NCBI GenBank assembly: GCA_028279595.1
Contig: JANQNK010000001.1
Span: 1 to 64,000 of the forward strand
Direction: 5' to 3'
Length of the DNA stretch: 64,000 nt
Source: Thermoplasmatota archaeon
GTDB taxonomy: Archaea > Thermoplasmatota > JAKEGO01
A program made the translations under genes and the position numbers. Shown here one piece after another: positions 19,082-29,810 of the stretch (positions are counted from its first letter, which is position 1; each line of letters starts with the position of its first letter). The notes under the pieces are model-generated. The model made no database searches. It worked only from the letters and a program-made list of their open reading frames with translations, and was not told the DNA's origin.

Positions 19082-21673
19082 TCAATCCGCCTTGGTCTTC
19101 CTCTTCAATTCGGCCAGGGCGTTGAGGGCTTCCATCGGGGTCATGTTCTCGACGTCCAGCTCCTTCAGCCTGGTCTCGACGGCGCTCTCCTGGAACAGGA
19201 CGTTCTGGACCATCCTGCGCCTCTTCCGCGGTACGTCGGGGGTCCTCCGCCCCTCCAGGTTCTCGAGGACCTCGTTCGCCCTGTCGATGACCTCCTGCGG
19301 AAGGCCCGCCAGTTTGGCGACGTGGATGCCGTACGAGCGCTGGCTCGGCCCCGGGACGACCTTCCTGAGGAAGGTTATCCTGTGACCCTCCTCGCTAACG
19401 GCGACGTTGTAATTGGCGACGCCCTCGAGCCTATCCTCCAGGACCGTGAGCTCGTGATAGTGGGTAGCGAACAGCGTCTTGGCCCCGAGCCGCTTCGGAT
19501 CGTCGATGTACTCCGCCACGGACCAGGCTATCGACATGCCGTCGAAGGTGCTCGTCCCCCTTCCGATCTCGTCGAGCAGTACCAGGCTCCTCGACGTGGC
19601 GCAGTTCAGGATGTTCGCCAGCTCGAGCATCTCGACCATGAACGTGCTCTGCCCGTGTATGAGGTCGTCGAACGCCCCAACCCTGGTGAATATCCTGTCC
19701 ACGATGCCGATCATGGCTCTGTCGGCAGGGACGAAGGACCCGGCCTGCGCCATGAGTGCGATGTGGGCGACCTGCCTCATGTACGTGGATTTTCCGGCCA
19801 TGTTCGGTCCGGTTATCAGAAGCACCCTGTGGTCGGAGCAGTCGAGGTTGGTATCGTTGGGAACGAACGGCTCGTCGAGGTGCGCCTCGACCACCGGATG
19901 GCGTCCCCCCTTGATCTCGATCCTGTCCGAGTCCTCGATGGACGGTTTGACGTACTGGCTCAGCTCTGCCCGCTCCGCAAGAGCGGCTACGACGTCGATG
20001 GTCCCGACGCCCTCCCCCATGCGCTGGATGTCGTCCGCCCTGGCGGCCACTTCCTCACGGACCCTGACGAAGATGTCGTACTCGAGACTCTCCAGCCTGC
20101 CCCGGGCGCTGAGGATCCTGTCCTCCATGCCCTTCAGTTCCTCCGTGATGAAACGCTCGGAGTTCACCATGGTCTGTTTCCTGACGTAATCCTCGGGGAC
20201 CTTGTCCAGGTTCGCCTTCGATACGTCGATGTAGTATCCGAAGACCTGGTTGTACTTGACCTTCAGGCTCTTGATGCCCGTCTCAGCCCTCTGACGGGCC
20301 TCGTACTTGACGATCCACGACCCGCCGTCCCTGACCACCTCCCTGAGCTCGTCCAGTTCACCGTCGAATCCGTCGCGTATCATCCCGCCCTCGCGGACTG
20401 TCGCCGGCGGGTCGTCGACCAGCGCTCTCTGTATCAGGTCCTCGATATCATCCAGGTCGCCGACGTTCTCAAGGGATCCGAGGAGGAGTCGCGAGCTCGG
20501 TGTGAAGCGCTCCTTCAGTTCGGAGGCCTTCCTCAGCGAGACGAGCATCGCCACGAGGTCCCTCGGCGATGCGCGTCCGTAGACCGTCCTGCTCACCAGG
20601 CGCTCGAGGTCGGAGATGGAATCAACGATCTCCCTGACCTCCTTCCGGACGAAGAGGTCGGACGCCATCTCCTCGACAGCATCGTGACGATCGCTTATCC
20701 CGTCGACGTCCATGAGCGGATGCTGCAGCCACCGGCGGAGCATCCTCGATCCCATGGCTGTCTTCGTCATGTCCAGGAGTTCGAAGAGGGTCCCCTTCCT
20801 GCTCCTGTCCCTTATGTTCTCGAAGACCTCGAGGTCCCTGAGGGTGACCGAATCGAGGACCAGGAAATCGGAGGTGCTGTAGGCCCTGAGGTTGGAGATG
20901 TATGAGAGCGCGCCACCCTGCATCTCCTCGACGTAGGCCAGGGCAGCGCCGGCGGCGCTGATCAGAGATGGCTTCCCGGCGCATCCGAAGCCTTCCAGAC
21001 CGGCCACCTCGAAGTGCCCCGTCAGTCGTTCGGACGCGATGTCCTCCTCGAACAGGACAGGATTCCATCTGTTGAGTACGGCAGCGCTGTCTTCGGCGAT
21101 CGAGGCTTCCAACGCAGGCGGCAGTGGCAAACCCTCGGGAGCGATCACCTCGGCGGGCTGGATGCGGGCCAGTTCGGTGATAGCCTCGGCAACGGCCTCA
21201 TCACCAGTCAGCTCCGTGGCCAGGAACTCTCCCGTCGATGTGTCGATGGCGGCGAGGCCGATCCGTCCGAGGTCGGCAGATATCGCGACCAGGTAATTGT
21301 TCGCGGTCTCGGGCAAGAGGTTCTCCTCGACTATGGTTCCGGGCGTGATGACCCGGACCACCTCGCGCTTGACGAGCCCCTTGGCCTGCTTCGGGTCCTC
21401 CACCTGCTCGCAGATGGCGACCCTGTGCCCTTTCCTGATGAGCTTCGCGAGGTAGGTGTCCAGTGCATGGTACGGGATCCCAGCGAGGGGGACCGCCTGT
21501 CCGTTGACCCCCTTGTCCCTGGCGGTAAGCACTATGTTGAGCTCCTTGGACGCGATGACCGCGTCGTCGAAGAAGGTCTCGTAGAAGTCTCCCATCCTGA
21601 ACAGGAGGATGGCGTGCTGATACTGCGATTTGATGGATAGGTACTGCTTCATCAGGGGCGTGAGCCTGCCCAC
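19082..21673 (-). CDS. mutS: DNA mismatch repair protein MutS
   Basis: TPLMKQY, FRMGDFYETF, TGPNMAGKSTY, STFMVEM, DEIGRGTS, FATHYHEL; GTG start 5 nt after a GGTGA RBS. Confidence 0.96.
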   Translation of the reverse strand: MGRLTPLMKQYLSIKSQYQHAILLFRMGDFYETFFDDAVIASKELNIVLTARDKGVNGQAVPLAGIPYHALDTYLAKLIRKGHRVAICEQVEDPKQAKGLVKREVVRVITPGTIVEENLLPETANNYLVAISADLGRIGLAAIDTSTGEFLATELTGDEAVAEAITELARIQPAEVIAPEGLPLPPALEASIAEDSAAVLNRWNPVLFEEDIASERLTGHFEVAGLEGFGCAGKPSLISAAGAALAYVEEMQGGALSYISNLRAYSTSDFLVLDSVTLRDLEVFENIRDRSRKGTLFELLDMTKTAMGSRMLRRWLQHPLMDVDGISDRHDAVEEMASDLFVRKEVREIVDSISDLERLVSRTVYGRASPRDLVAMLVSLRKASELKERFTPSSRLLLGSLENVGDLDDIEDLIQRALVDDPPATVREGGMIRDGFDGELDELREVVRDGGSWIVKYEARQRAETGIKSLKVKYNQVFGYYIDVSKANLDKVPEDYVRKQTMVNSERFITEELKGMEDRILSARGRLESLEYDIFVRVREEVAARADDIQRMGEGVGTIDVVAALAERAELSQYVKPSIEDSDRIEIKGGRHPVVEAHLDEPFVPNDTNLDCSDHRVLLITGPNMAGKSTYMRQVAHIALMAQAGSFVPADRAMIGIVDRIFTRVGAFDDLIHGQSTFMVEMLELANILNCATSRSLVLLDEIGRGTSTFDGMSIAWSVAEYIDDPKRLGAKTLFATHYHELTVLEDRLEGVANYNVAVSEEGHRITFLRKVVPGPSQRSYGIHVAKLAGLPQEVIDRANEVLENLEGRRTPDVPRKRRRMVQNVLFQESAVETRLKELDVENMTPMEALNALAELKRKTKAD

Positions 21674-21686
21674 GGGCGTCACCAGC

Positions 21687-21920
21687 TCACTTGAAGACCG
21701 CACCGGTGTAGGTCTTAGTGGCCTTGATGCCGTCGACCGTCCGGATGGTCTCAACTATCTCGCTCAGGTGCGTGATGCCCTCCGCTTCCACCTTGGCCAT
21801 GATGTCGTACTCGCCGAAAAGAGGATGAATTTCCACGATCCCATCGGACATCTGGAGGGTCTTCAGTACGGACTGCTCCTTACCCGGTTCCGTGCTGATC
21901 AACACGTATGCTATTACCAC
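21687..21920 (-). CDS. Stand-alone Lrp/AsnC ligand-binding (RAM) domain protein
   Basis: AYVLI..EPG, FGEYDIMAKVE, IRTVDGIKATKT; GAGGTGA RBS. Confidence 0.85.
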   Translation of the reverse strand: MVIAYVLISTEPGKEQSVLKTLQMSDGIVEIHPLFGEYDIMAKVEAEGITHLSEIVETIRTVDGIKATKTYTGAVFK

Positions 21921-21980
21921 TGCATCACCTCTGTGTCTCCGATGGGGAGGGAACCATATAAGGGTATTGACCGGGCTTCT

Positions 21981-22775
21981 TCAACGGGCCTTCCTCATGT
22001 CCTCGGCAAGGTTCCACGCGGCCTTCCGCGCCGCGTCGGCGTAGTCCGTCCCGGAAGATGCGTAGATGATCCCCCTGGATGAATTGATGAGCACCGGGCC
22101 CTGCGCGGCAGCCTTGACGGCGGGTCCCAGCTCTCCGCCCTGGGCGCCGATCCCCGGAATGAGAAGTGGTATCCCGGGCGCAGCCGCCCGGACCTCGTCT
22201 ATGGCTCCCGGGACCGTCGCGCCCACGACCAATCCCGCGTTGACCCCGTCCATCTCCGCGACCATGTTGGCTATGGCGACGTAGAGCGACATTCCTCCCG
22301 TGTGTGCCTTCTGGACCTCGCCTGCGGTCGGGTTCGATGTCCGCGATAGGACGAAGGCCCCCCTGTCCGGGCGCTCGAGGAAAGGGATGAGCGATTCCCT
22401 GCCGAGATAGGGGCTCACGGTCACCGCATCGAAGCCCATCGTGTCGAAGACCGCCTCCGCGTACTTCTGGGACGAGTTTCCGATGTCCCCTCGCTTCGCG
22501 TCCAGAAGGGCTATCCTGTCCGACGGTATCGCCCTGCGCGTCTCCTCGAGGACCCAGACCCCCTGGTGGCCCATGGCCTCGTAGAACGCAGCGTTGGGCT
22601 TGTAAGCCGCCGCGATGTCCTTGGTCGCGTCGATCATCCTGATATTGAACTCCAGCACGCCCTCCGGCGTCCTCGGGATCCCCTCGGGCATCCTGGAAAG
22701 GTCTGGGTCCAGGCCCACGCAGAGGTAGGAATCGACGGCAGCGATGCTCTTCGAGAGTCTGTCAACGAACCTCAT
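21981..22775 (-). CDS. pyrF: Orotidine-5'-phosphate decarboxylase
   Basis: LCVGLDP, YKPNAAFYE, DAKRGDIGNS, PGIGAQGG, NSSRGII. Confidence 0.95.
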   Translation of the reverse strand: MRFVDRLSKSIAAVDSYLCVGLDPDLSRMPEGIPRTPEGVLEFNIRMIDATKDIAAAYKPNAAFYEAMGHQGVWVLEETRRAIPSDRIALLDAKRGDIGNSSQKYAEAVFDTMGFDAVTVSPYLGRESLIPFLERPDRGAFVLSRTSNPTAGEVQKAHTGGMSLYVAIANMVAEMDGVNAGLVVGATVPGAIDEVRAAAPGIPLLIPGIGAQGGELGPAVKAAAQGPVLINSSRGIIYASSGTDYADAARKAAWNLAEDMRKAR

Positions 22776-22836
22776 CGCTGAGCCCATCGGCCCGGGGGTA
22801 GTTATGGTTTTCTGACGTCTTCGAACCTGGGTGAAT

Positions 22837-22875
22837 GTGCGCTCGTCGCCGTCCCGTAGGGGCGACAAGCGCCTC
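22837..22875 (+). repeat. GCGCTC-hairpin-AACGCG family element (copy H)
   Basis: gtGCG-CTC-GTCGCC-gtcccgtagg-GGCGAC-AA-GCGCCTC, between divergent pyrF and JAMM genes. Confidence 0.7.
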
Positions 22876-22961
22876 GGGACCTCAGATCCAGTATCGCGGG
22901 ACCCTCATCCAGTTACCTGCTGTGGAAATCACTAAATAATCGGACATGGCATGCACACGGG

Positions 22962-23339
22962 ATGGTAGTGCCGACAAAGATCGACAGACCCCTTCTCGAA
23001 ATGATCTTCGAGGCGTCCAAGGACTCCCATCCTTACGAGTTCGGGGCCCTCCTGAGAAAGGATGGCGACACGATAACCGAGCTTCTCCTGCTTCCCGGAA
23101 CGGTCTCGAGCACCCAGAGCGCTCTCTTCAAGCTCTACATGATGCCCATAGACCACGATGTTGCTGGGAGCGTCCACAGCCATCCGTCGCCGAGCCCCTA
23201 CCCGTCCAACGCGGACATCAGTTTCTTTGGCAACCTGGGCGATGTCCATATCATCTGTGCCAGTCCCTACAACGAGAGGTCCTGGCGCGCCTACAACCGG
23301 AAGGGCGAATCGACCCGGCTCGATGTCGTCGAACTCTGA
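22962..23339 (+). CDS. JAMM/MPN+ (Mov34) metalloprotease
   Basis: E...HSHPSPSPYPSNAD JAMM motif. Confidence 0.88.
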   Translation: MVVPTKIDRPLLEMIFEASKDSHPYEFGALLRKDGDTITELLLLPGTVSSTQSALFKLYMMPIDHDVAGSVHSHPSPSPYPSNADISFFGNLGDVHIICASPYNERSWRAYNRKGESTRLDVVEL

Positions 23340-23341
23340 TT

Positions 23342-25009
23342 TCAGGCCTTCCTCAGTTCTCTCCGGAGTATCTTTCCGGAGATCGTCTTCGGAAGCTCAT
23401 CAACGTATTCGACGAGTCTCGGATACTTGTACGGGGCGGTGGTCTCCTTCACGAAGTTCTGCAGCTCCTTCGTCAGCTCGTCCGATGGTTCGAAACCAGC
23501 TGCAAGCACGATGAACGCCTTCACAAGGACTCCCCTGGTGCCCTCCGGGTCATCGGCGCCGACGACGGCGCACTCGGCCACCGCGTCATGTGCGACCAGT
23601 GCCGACTCGACCTCGAACGGGCCGATCCTGTATCCAGAGGACTTGATGACGTCGTCGGACCTGCCGACGAACCAGAAGTATCCGTCCTCGTCGACGTATC
23701 CGCGGTCGCCTGTATAGTAGAAGTCGCCGCGGAAGGCCTTCTCCATCTCCTCGGGGTCCTTCCAGTACTCCATCATGAGTCCTGGCGGTCGGCCGTCACC
23801 CAGATAGATGGCGATGTTGCCCTCCTCGCCGACCGGGACAGGGCCTCCGTCGTCGTCCACGATCCTCATGTCGTGGCCTGGCGTCGGCTTGCCCATGGAC
23901 CCGTACCTGAGCGGGAAGTCGGGCGAGTTCGCGATGATGCAGACCGTCTCGGTCTGTCCGTAGAAGTCGTAGATCTCGACGCCGAAGGCCTCGCGCCATA
24001 CCCGGATGACCTCGGGGTTCAGCGGCTCGCCCGCTGACATGCAGTGCCTGAGGGTCAGTTTGTACTTCTTGAGGTCCTTCTGGATGAGCATCCTGTAGAC
24101 CGTCGGCGGGGCGCAGAACGAGGTCACGCCGTACTGCTCCATCAGCCCGAGGAGCTTGTCAGGGACGAAGCGCCCCGGCGTGTCCCACTGGATGACAGCT
24201 GCTCCGACGATCATCTGGCCGAAGAGCTTTCCCCATGCCGCCTTGGCCCATCCGGTGTCAGAGACGGTCCAGTGAAGATCCGTGCCCCGAAGGTTCTGGG
24301 CGTGCCTTGCCGTGACCTCGTGGGCCTTGGCGTACCTCTGGGCGTGGAGCACCATCTTCGGATGTCCGGTGGTGCCGGACGTGAAGTATATCCACATCGG
24401 GTCGTCGGCGAGGGTCGGCTCGATGGTGTTCCTGTCGACGACGTCGGATGCCTCGGCCATCTCGCTCGAGAAGCAGTGCCACCCCTCCATTTGACAGTCT
24501 ATGGACATGAGGTGCTTGACAGTCGGACACTTCTCGACGACGCGCTCGACCCTGCCGGTGTGTACCATGTCGGTGATGACCATGGTCGCCTCGGACCTGT
24601 TCAACCTATACTCGATGTCCTTCGGTTTCAGCTGGGTGGTCCCCGGCATCGGGATGACCCCCATCTTGATCATGCCGATCATGACGACGTACCACTCGGG
24701 GATGCTGTTCAGGATGACCAGCACGCGGTCGCCCTTCTTGATGCCTATCTTCCTGAGGACGTTGACGAACTTGTCCGATTCCTGGCTCAGCCTGAAGAAG
24801 GTGTGATAGCGGGCGGCGTCCCCGCTCTGGTCTATCGATATCAACGCCAGCTTGGTCCTGTCCTCTGCCCACTTGTCGACGACGTCGAACCCGAAGTTGA
24901 AGTGGTCGGCGCTCAGTTCGACGTGGTCGATCTGAACTGGTTCTTCCACTGCTGGCTCGGGCGTCTCCGGTTCTGGCTTCCTTATCTCCGGCTTAGTGAG
25001 GAGCGGCAT
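23342..25009 (-). CDS. AMP-forming acyl-CoA synthetase (medium-chain/ACSM-like)
   Basis: YFTSGTTGHPK, YGQTET, TGD, GRSDDVIKSSGYRIGPFEVE, LPKTISGKI. Confidence 0.92.
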   Translation of the reverse strand: MPLLTKPEIRKPEPETPEPAVEEPVQIDHVELSADHFNFGFDVVDKWAEDRTKLALISIDQSGDAARYHTFFRLSQESDKFVNVLRKIGIKKGDRVLVILNSIPEWYVVMIGMIKMGVIPMPGTTQLKPKDIEYRLNRSEATMVITDMVHTGRVERVVEKCPTVKHLMSIDCQMEGWHCFSSEMAEASDVVDRNTIEPTLADDPMWIYFTSGTTGHPKMVLHAQRYAKAHEVTARHAQNLRGTDLHWTVSDTGWAKAAWGKLFGQMIVGAAVIQWDTPGRFVPDKLLGLMEQYGVTSFCAPPTVYRMLIQKDLKKYKLTLRHCMSAGEPLNPEVIRVWREAFGVEIYDFYGQTETVCIIANSPDFPLRYGSMGKPTPGHDMRIVDDDGGPVPVGEEGNIAIYLGDGRPPGLMMEYWKDPEEMEKAFRGDFYYTGDRGYVDEDGYFWFVGRSDDVIKSSGYRIGPFEVESALVAHDAVAECAVVGADDPEGTRGVLVKAFIVLAAGFEPSDELTKELQNFVKETTAPYKYPRLVEYVDELPKTISGKILRRELRKA

Positions 25010-25097
25010 TCCTTATCACCGCGCCACCCTAAAATGTCCTCATATTTAAGCGGGACCCTTGGAATCGTCAGAAGACGTTGACCGGGCTGGAATCGTT

Positions 25098-25138
25098 CGG
25101 CGCTCGCCCCCGACGCTGTCGGGGGGCCGACGCGCCTC
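25098..25138 (+). repeat. GCGCTC-hairpin-ACGCG family element (copy E)
   Basis: cgGCG-CTC-GCCCCCGAC-gct-GTCGGGGGGC-CGA-CGCGCCTC; shares 15 bp exactly with 63298-63312. Confidence 0.75.
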
Positions 25139-25218
25139 GCTAGAAGAGCTCAAGATGGCGGACCATGCCACCCTTAGTCTTCATCAATAGTAATATAATG
25201 AGAGACCGTTCACCCAAC

Positions 25219-25878
25219 ATGAACTTCCGTGACCTTCAGATGCTGAAGGAGATCGCGATGCTCGGCGGTGTCGACTCCTACATCACCGTCAAGACTGGCG
25301 ATCTGGCAAGGCGCATCGGATGCGCCCAGCAGACCGCCTCGCGGATGGTCCTGAACCTTCTCAGCCTGAACCTGATCGAACGGAGCCCGAAGACACGGGG
25401 ATACGACCTCCGACTCACCCAGGACGGCGTGGACCTGCTCTTCAAGGAGTACCTCGACTACATCAGGATATTCGAGGTAAGGGAGAAGCTCGTATTCTGG
25501 GGAATGGTCTCCTCCGGCTTCGGCGAGGGCCACATCTTCGTCCAGAGGAAAGGGTATCAGGACCAGATCGACGAGAAGTTCGGCATCACGCCGTTCCCCG
25601 GCACGCTCAACATCCAGGTCGCGCTGAAGGAGCGGCCGAAGCTGAGGCTGCTCGACGTCCTTCCGTGCGAGTACCTCCTCGGTTTCGAGGAGGAGGGCAG
25701 GGCCTACGGTAGGGTGAAGTGCTTCAGGGCCAGTCTGAACAACACCGCGGACGTTATCCTTGTGAGGCCGGAGGTCGGCGGCCACGCTGACGTGGTGGAG
25801 CTGATCGCCCACGAGAGCCTTCGGGAATCATTGGAGCTCGACGACGGCATGTGGGTATCGGTCGAGGTCGAGGCCTAG
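25219..25878 (+). CDS. ribK: CTP-dependent riboflavin kinase with N-terminal winged HTH (RbkR/RibK type)
   Basis: wHTH LARRIGCAQQTASR; GMVSSGFGEG, PFPGTLN, VELIA..LR motifs. Confidence 0.85.
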   Translation: MNFRDLQMLKEIAMLGGVDSYITVKTGDLARRIGCAQQTASRMVLNLLSLNLIERSPKTRGYDLRLTQDGVDLLFKEYLDYIRIFEVREKLVFWGMVSSGFGEGHIFVQRKGYQDQIDEKFGITPFPGTLNIQVALKERPKLRLLDVLPCEYLLGFEEEGRAYGRVKCFRASLNNTADVILVRPEVGGHADVVELIAHESLRESLELDDGMWVSVEVEA

Positions 25879-25977
25879 ACTCGGGATCGGGCACCCGAAC
25901 TCCTCCCACATCACCGCTGTTTCCACTCAACATCGATGGAAGGCCCTCCCAGGCATCGAACTTTCCATGTGTAACTG

Positions 25978-25985
25978 TTATATAA
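25978..25985 (+). promoter_or_regulatory. TATA box of the rps12-rps7-fusA operon
   Basis: TTATATAA about 45 nt upstream of the TTG start; GTGGTGG RBS-like sequence. Confidence 0.6.
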
Positions 25986-26030
25986 TAGAAGGGTTAATGT
26001 GCCGGCACTTCGACAGTAAGTGGTGGTAGA

Positions 26031-26459
26031 TTGGCACGAGGACTCCATGCTGCGAGAAAGCTGAAGGCCGAACGGAAGAAGTACCGCTGGAAGGACTTCT
26101 ACTTCAAGAGGCGGGAGCTGAAGCTCAAGGAGAAGGCGGACCCGCTCGAGGGGTCAGCGCAGGCCAGGGGCATCGTCATAGAGAAGGTCGGCATCGAGGC
26201 GAAGCAGCCCAACTCTGCCATCAGGAAGTGCGTCAAGGTCCAGCTCATCAAGAACGGCCGCCAGATAACGGCCTTCGCGGTGGGGGACGGCGCCATCAAT
26301 TTCATAGACGAGCACGACGAGATCCTCGTTGAGGGCATCGGCGGTCGTCTGGGGCGGTCCTACGGCGACCTGCCCGGGGTCAGATACAAGGTGATCAAGG
26401 TCAACGGCGTGTCCCTGGACGAGATGGTCAGGGGCCGTAAGGAGAAGCCGCAGAGGTGA
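26031..26459 (+). CDS. rps12: 30S ribosomal protein uS12 (S12P)
   Basis: [33 protein letters not shown]. Confidence 0.98.
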   Translation: MARGLHAARKLKAERKKYRWKDFYFKRRELKLKEKADPLEGSAQARGIVIEKVGIEAKQPNSAIRKCVKVQLIKNGRQITAFAVGDGAINFIDEHDEILVEGIGGRLGRSYGDLPGVRYKVIKVNGVSLDEMVRGRKEKPQR

Positions 26460-26464
26460 TGTCA

Positions 26465-27037
26465 ATGGTCGAGGATCTTACACTTCTGTTCGGCAAGTAC
26501 GACCTGAGCGACGTCGCATGTCGCGACCCGGGTCTCGCGAACTACATCAACCTCACGGTCACGGGCGTCCCGCATACCGGTGCGAGGCACTCGAGCCGGG
26601 CGTTCGGCAAGACGAAGATCAACATCGTCGAGCGGCTCATCAACAGGCTGATGATGTCCGAGAACTACACCGGGAAGAAATCGAAGTCCTACAAGGCGGT
26701 CATGGATTCGTTCGACCTCATCGAGAAGCGAACGAAGCAGAACCCCGCCCAGGTCCTCGTCGACGCACTGGTCAACTCGGCACCACGGGAGGAGATCCTG
26801 CGCCTGAGGTTCGGAGGCATATCCGTGCCCAAGGCAGTGGACATCGGCCCGTCGAGGAGGCTGGACATCGCCATCGGCAACCTCTGCCGCGGCGCGATGA
26901 AGACCACCTACAAGAACAAGAAGGCGGTCTCGGAATGCCTGGCCACCGAGCTCATCAGGGCCTCGAAGAAGGAGATCGAGAGTTTTGCCGTCTCGAAGAA
27001 AGAGGAGATCGAGAGGGTTGCGGGCTCCGCCCGTTGA
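26465..27037 (+). CDS. rps7: 30S ribosomal protein uS7 (S7P)
   Basis: NIVERLINRLM, NPAQVLVDALVNSAPREE, PKAVDIGPSRRLD, KKEEIERVA; GAGGTGA RBS before ATG 26465. Confidence 0.97.
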   Translation: MVEDLTLLFGKYDLSDVACRDPGLANYINLTVTGVPHTGARHSSRAFGKTKINIVERLINRLMMSENYTGKKSKSYKAVMDSFDLIEKRTKQNPAQVLVDALVNSAPREEILRLRFGGISVPKAVDIGPSRRLDIAIGNLCRGAMKTTYKNKKAVSECLATELIRASKKEIESFAVSKKEEIERVAGSAR

Positions 27038-27049
27038 GGAGGCGATCCC

Positions 27050-29254
27050 ATGGGAAGGAAGGAAGACAACATCAAGAAGGCCATGACCATAATGGACCAG
27101 CTCAAGTTCATCCGCAACATAGACATTGCGGCGCACATCGACCACGGAAAGACAACGCTCAGCGACAACCTGATCGCGGGCGCCGGCATGATGTCCGAGG
27201 ACCTCGCCGGGAAGCAGCTGCTCCTCGATTTCCACGAGGACGAGCAGGAGCGCGGGATCACCATCGACTCCGCCAACGTCTCCATGGTCCACGAGTTCGA
27301 GGGACAGGAATACCTCATCAACCTGATCGACACCCCGGGTCACGTCGACTTCGGCGGTGACGTCACCAGGGCAATGAGGGCGGTCGACGGGTGCGTCATC
27401 GTGGCGTGCGCGGTCGAGGGCGTCATGCCCCAGACCGAGACCGTCGTGAGGCAGGCCCTCCGCGAGAAGGTCAAGCCCACGCTGTTCATCAACAAGGTCG
27501 ACAGGCTGATCAACGAGCTCAAGGTGACACCCGAGCAGATGCAGGAGCGCTTCGTCAACATCATTACCGAGGTGAACCGGCTCATCGCCAAGATGGTCCC
27601 ACCCGAGTTCAAGAACGAGTGGGGCGTCAACGTCGAGGACGGCTCAGTCGCGTTCGGTTCCGCCTACTACAACTGGGCAATCTCCGTGCCCTACATGAAG
27701 GCCACCGGGATCACGTTCAAGGAGATCTACGACCACTGCGCTCAGGATGATCAGAAGACCCTCGCCAAGAAGGCCCCGGTCCATCAGATCCTCCTGGATA
27801 TGGTCATCGACCATCTCCCGAACCCGATCGATGCCCAGAAGTACCGTATCCCGCACATCTGGCACGGCGATCCCGAATCAAAGGAGGGCACGTCCATGGC
27901 CGATGTCAATGCCAACGGCCCGACCGTCTTCATGGTCACCAAGATATTCATCGACCCACATGCGGGGGAGATCGCGGCAGGCCGTCTGTACAGCGGAACG
28001 ATAGAGAAGGGCCAGGAGCTGTTCGTCAGCGGAATGCCGAAGCCGAACCGTGTCCAGCAAGTGTCGCTTTTCGTCGGCCCCGACAGGATCAACGTCGACA
28101 AGATCATCGCCGGGAACATCGTCGCAGCGGTCGGTCTGAAGGACGCGATCGCAGGTTCGACCGTCACGTCGAGCGACGAGATAGAGGCCTTCGAGAGGAT
28201 AGTCCATATCTCGGAACCGGTCGTGACCGTGGCCATAGAGGCGAAGGCGGTCAAGGACCTCCCGAAGCTCATCGAGGTCCTCAGAAAGGTCGGGAAGGCG
28301 GACCCGTCCCTGCAGATCGAGATCGACCAGGAGACCGGGGAGCATCTCATCTCGGGTATGGGCGAGCTCCATCTCGAGGTCATCCAGAACAGGATCATAT
28401 CCGAGCACGGCGTGGATGTCACGTCCTCCGAGCCGATCGTCGTTTACCGCGAGACAGTCAACAGCCAGGCCGGACCGTTCGAGGGCAAGTCCCCGAACAA
28501 GCACAACAGGTTCTACATCGTCGTCGAGCCCCTCGAGGACGAGGCCGCGGAGGCCATCCGGAACGGCAAGATATCCTACGGCAAGGTCAGGAAGAAGGAC
28601 CGGAAGGAGGTGGGGAAGGCGCTCGAGGAGTGCGGACTCACCAAGGACGAGACGAAGCACCCGGTCTACGTACACGGACAGAACGTCCTGCTCGACATGA
28701 CCAAGGGTATCCAGTACCTCTACGAGACCATGGAACTGGTCCAGCAAGCCTTCGAGACCGCAATGAAGGTCGGGCCCCTCGCGGGCGAACCGATATCCAA
28801 GGTCAAGGTCAAGCTCATGGACGCCAAGCTCCACGAGGACTCCATCCACAGGGGTCCCGCCCAGGTCCTCCCGGCGGTCAAGGCCGCCATCTACGGCGCC
28901 GTCCTGCAGGCCAACGACGTGCTGCTCGAACCGCAGCAGCGTGTCTTCATCACCCTGCCACAGGACCAGATGGGAGCCGCCACCCGCGAGCTCCAGTCGA
29001 GAAGGTCAGTCATCGAGGAGATGGACGCGGACCAGGGCGACCTCGCGATAGTCACCGCAAAGGCTCCGGTGGCCGAGCTCTTCGGCTTCGCCGGGGACAT
29101 CAGGTCCGCGACACAGGGCCGGGCCCTGTGGTCCAGCGAGCATGCTGGCTTCGAGGTGCTTCCGAGGGAGCTCCAGGACAAGATCGTAAGCGACATCCGC
29201 GCCCGGAAGGGGCTCAAGCCCGAGCCGCCCACCTGGCAGAACTACGTCGCTTGA
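27050..29254 (+). CDS. fusA: Translation elongation factor EF-2
   Basis: [26 protein letters not shown]; diphthamide loop [14 protein letters not shown]. Confidence 0.98.
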   Translation: MGRKEDNIKKAMTIMDQLKFIRNIDIAAHIDHGKTTLSDNLIAGAGMMSEDLAGKQLLLDFHEDEQERGITIDSANVSMVHEFEGQEYLINLIDTPGHVDFGGDVTRAMRAVDGCVIVACAVEGVMPQTETVVRQALREKVKPTLFINKVDRLINELKVTPEQMQERFVNIITEVNRLIAKMVPPEFKNEWGVNVEDGSVAFGSAYYNWAISVPYMKATGITFKEIYDHCAQDDQKTLAKKAPVHQILLDMVIDHLPNPIDAQKYRIPHIWHGDPESKEGTSMADVNANGPTVFMVTKIFIDPHAGEIAAGRLYSGTIEKGQELFVSGMPKPNRVQQVSLFVGPDRINVDKIIAGNIVAAVGLKDAIAGSTVTSSDEIEAFERIVHISEPVVTVAIEAKAVKDLPKLIEVLRKVGKADPSLQIEIDQETGEHLISGMGELHLEVIQNRIISEHGVDVTSSEPIVVYRETVNSQAGPFEGKSPNKHNRFYIVVEPLEDEAAEAIRNGKISYGKVRKKDRKEVGKALEECGLTKDETKHPVYVHGQNVLLDMTKGIQYLYETMELVQQAFETAMKVGPLAGEPISKVKVKLMDAKLHEDSIHRGPAQVLPAVKAAIYGAVLQANDVLLEPQQRVFITLPQDQMGAATRELQSRRSVIEEMDADQGDLAIVTAKAPVAELFGFAGDIRSATQGRALWSSEHAGFEVLPRELQDKIVSDIRARKGLKPEPPTWQNYVA

Positions 29255-29304
29255 AACACCGCTACCCACCGGGCATCTGTCCGGTCAATTTCATGATGTT
29301 AGCG

Positions 29305-29347
29305 GACGCGCTCGTTCCCTGACACGGTCAGGGGAACAACGCGTCTC
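29305..29347 (+). repeat. GCGCTC-hairpin-AACGCG family element (copy D)
   Basis: GACGCG-CTC-GTTCCCTGAC-acg-GTCAGGGGAAC-AA-CGCGTCTC; 29337-29350 is identical to 63326-63339. Confidence 0.8.
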
Positions 29348-29423
29348 ACCCCCTATCGGCGATGTCCCTATCTCGACCGACAGATTAAAATTACCCAAGA
29401 CAGCTTTGAATTCGGGGATACAG

Positions 29424-29810
29424 ATGGGCGGCAAGATAGTCGAGCTCGATGCAGAAGGACTGAATGAAGCCCTTGAAGGGGAGAAGCTTGTCGTCGTTGA
29501 GTTCTTCTCCCAGACCTGTCCCAACTGTCAGTCGATGGCACCCGTCTTCTCGAAGATAGCGAACGACCTCGGCGGTGAAGCGACCTTCGCCATGGTAGAT
29601 GTGCAAGCCCACACCTCGCTCGCCTTCACCTTCGCCGTGATGTCGGTCCCGACCTTCATGTTCTTCTGCAGGGGGAGGCCCATCGGCAGCATCGTCGGCG
29701 CCCTCAACGAGACCCTGCTGAGGAACTCGATCCGGGACGCCCTCTCCCACAGGGAGGAGTGCGTGACCAGATCGACGCCGATAAGTTACGACATGGACGG
29801 ATACGCCTAG
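29424..29810 (+). CDS. Thioredoxin family protein
   Basis: VVVEFFSQTCPNC, cis-Pro SVPTF. Confidence 0.88.
   Translation: MGGKIVELDAEGLNEALEGEKLVVVEFFSQTCPNCQSMAPVFSKIANDLGGEATFAMVDVQAHTSLAFTFAVMSVPTFMFFCRGRPIGSIVGALNETLLRNSIRDALSHREECVTRSTPISYDMDGYA

Noticed and set aside
28820-28870. EF-2 diphthamide loop checked for a variant paralogue
   Set aside because: Canonical HRG motif; ordinary EF-2.
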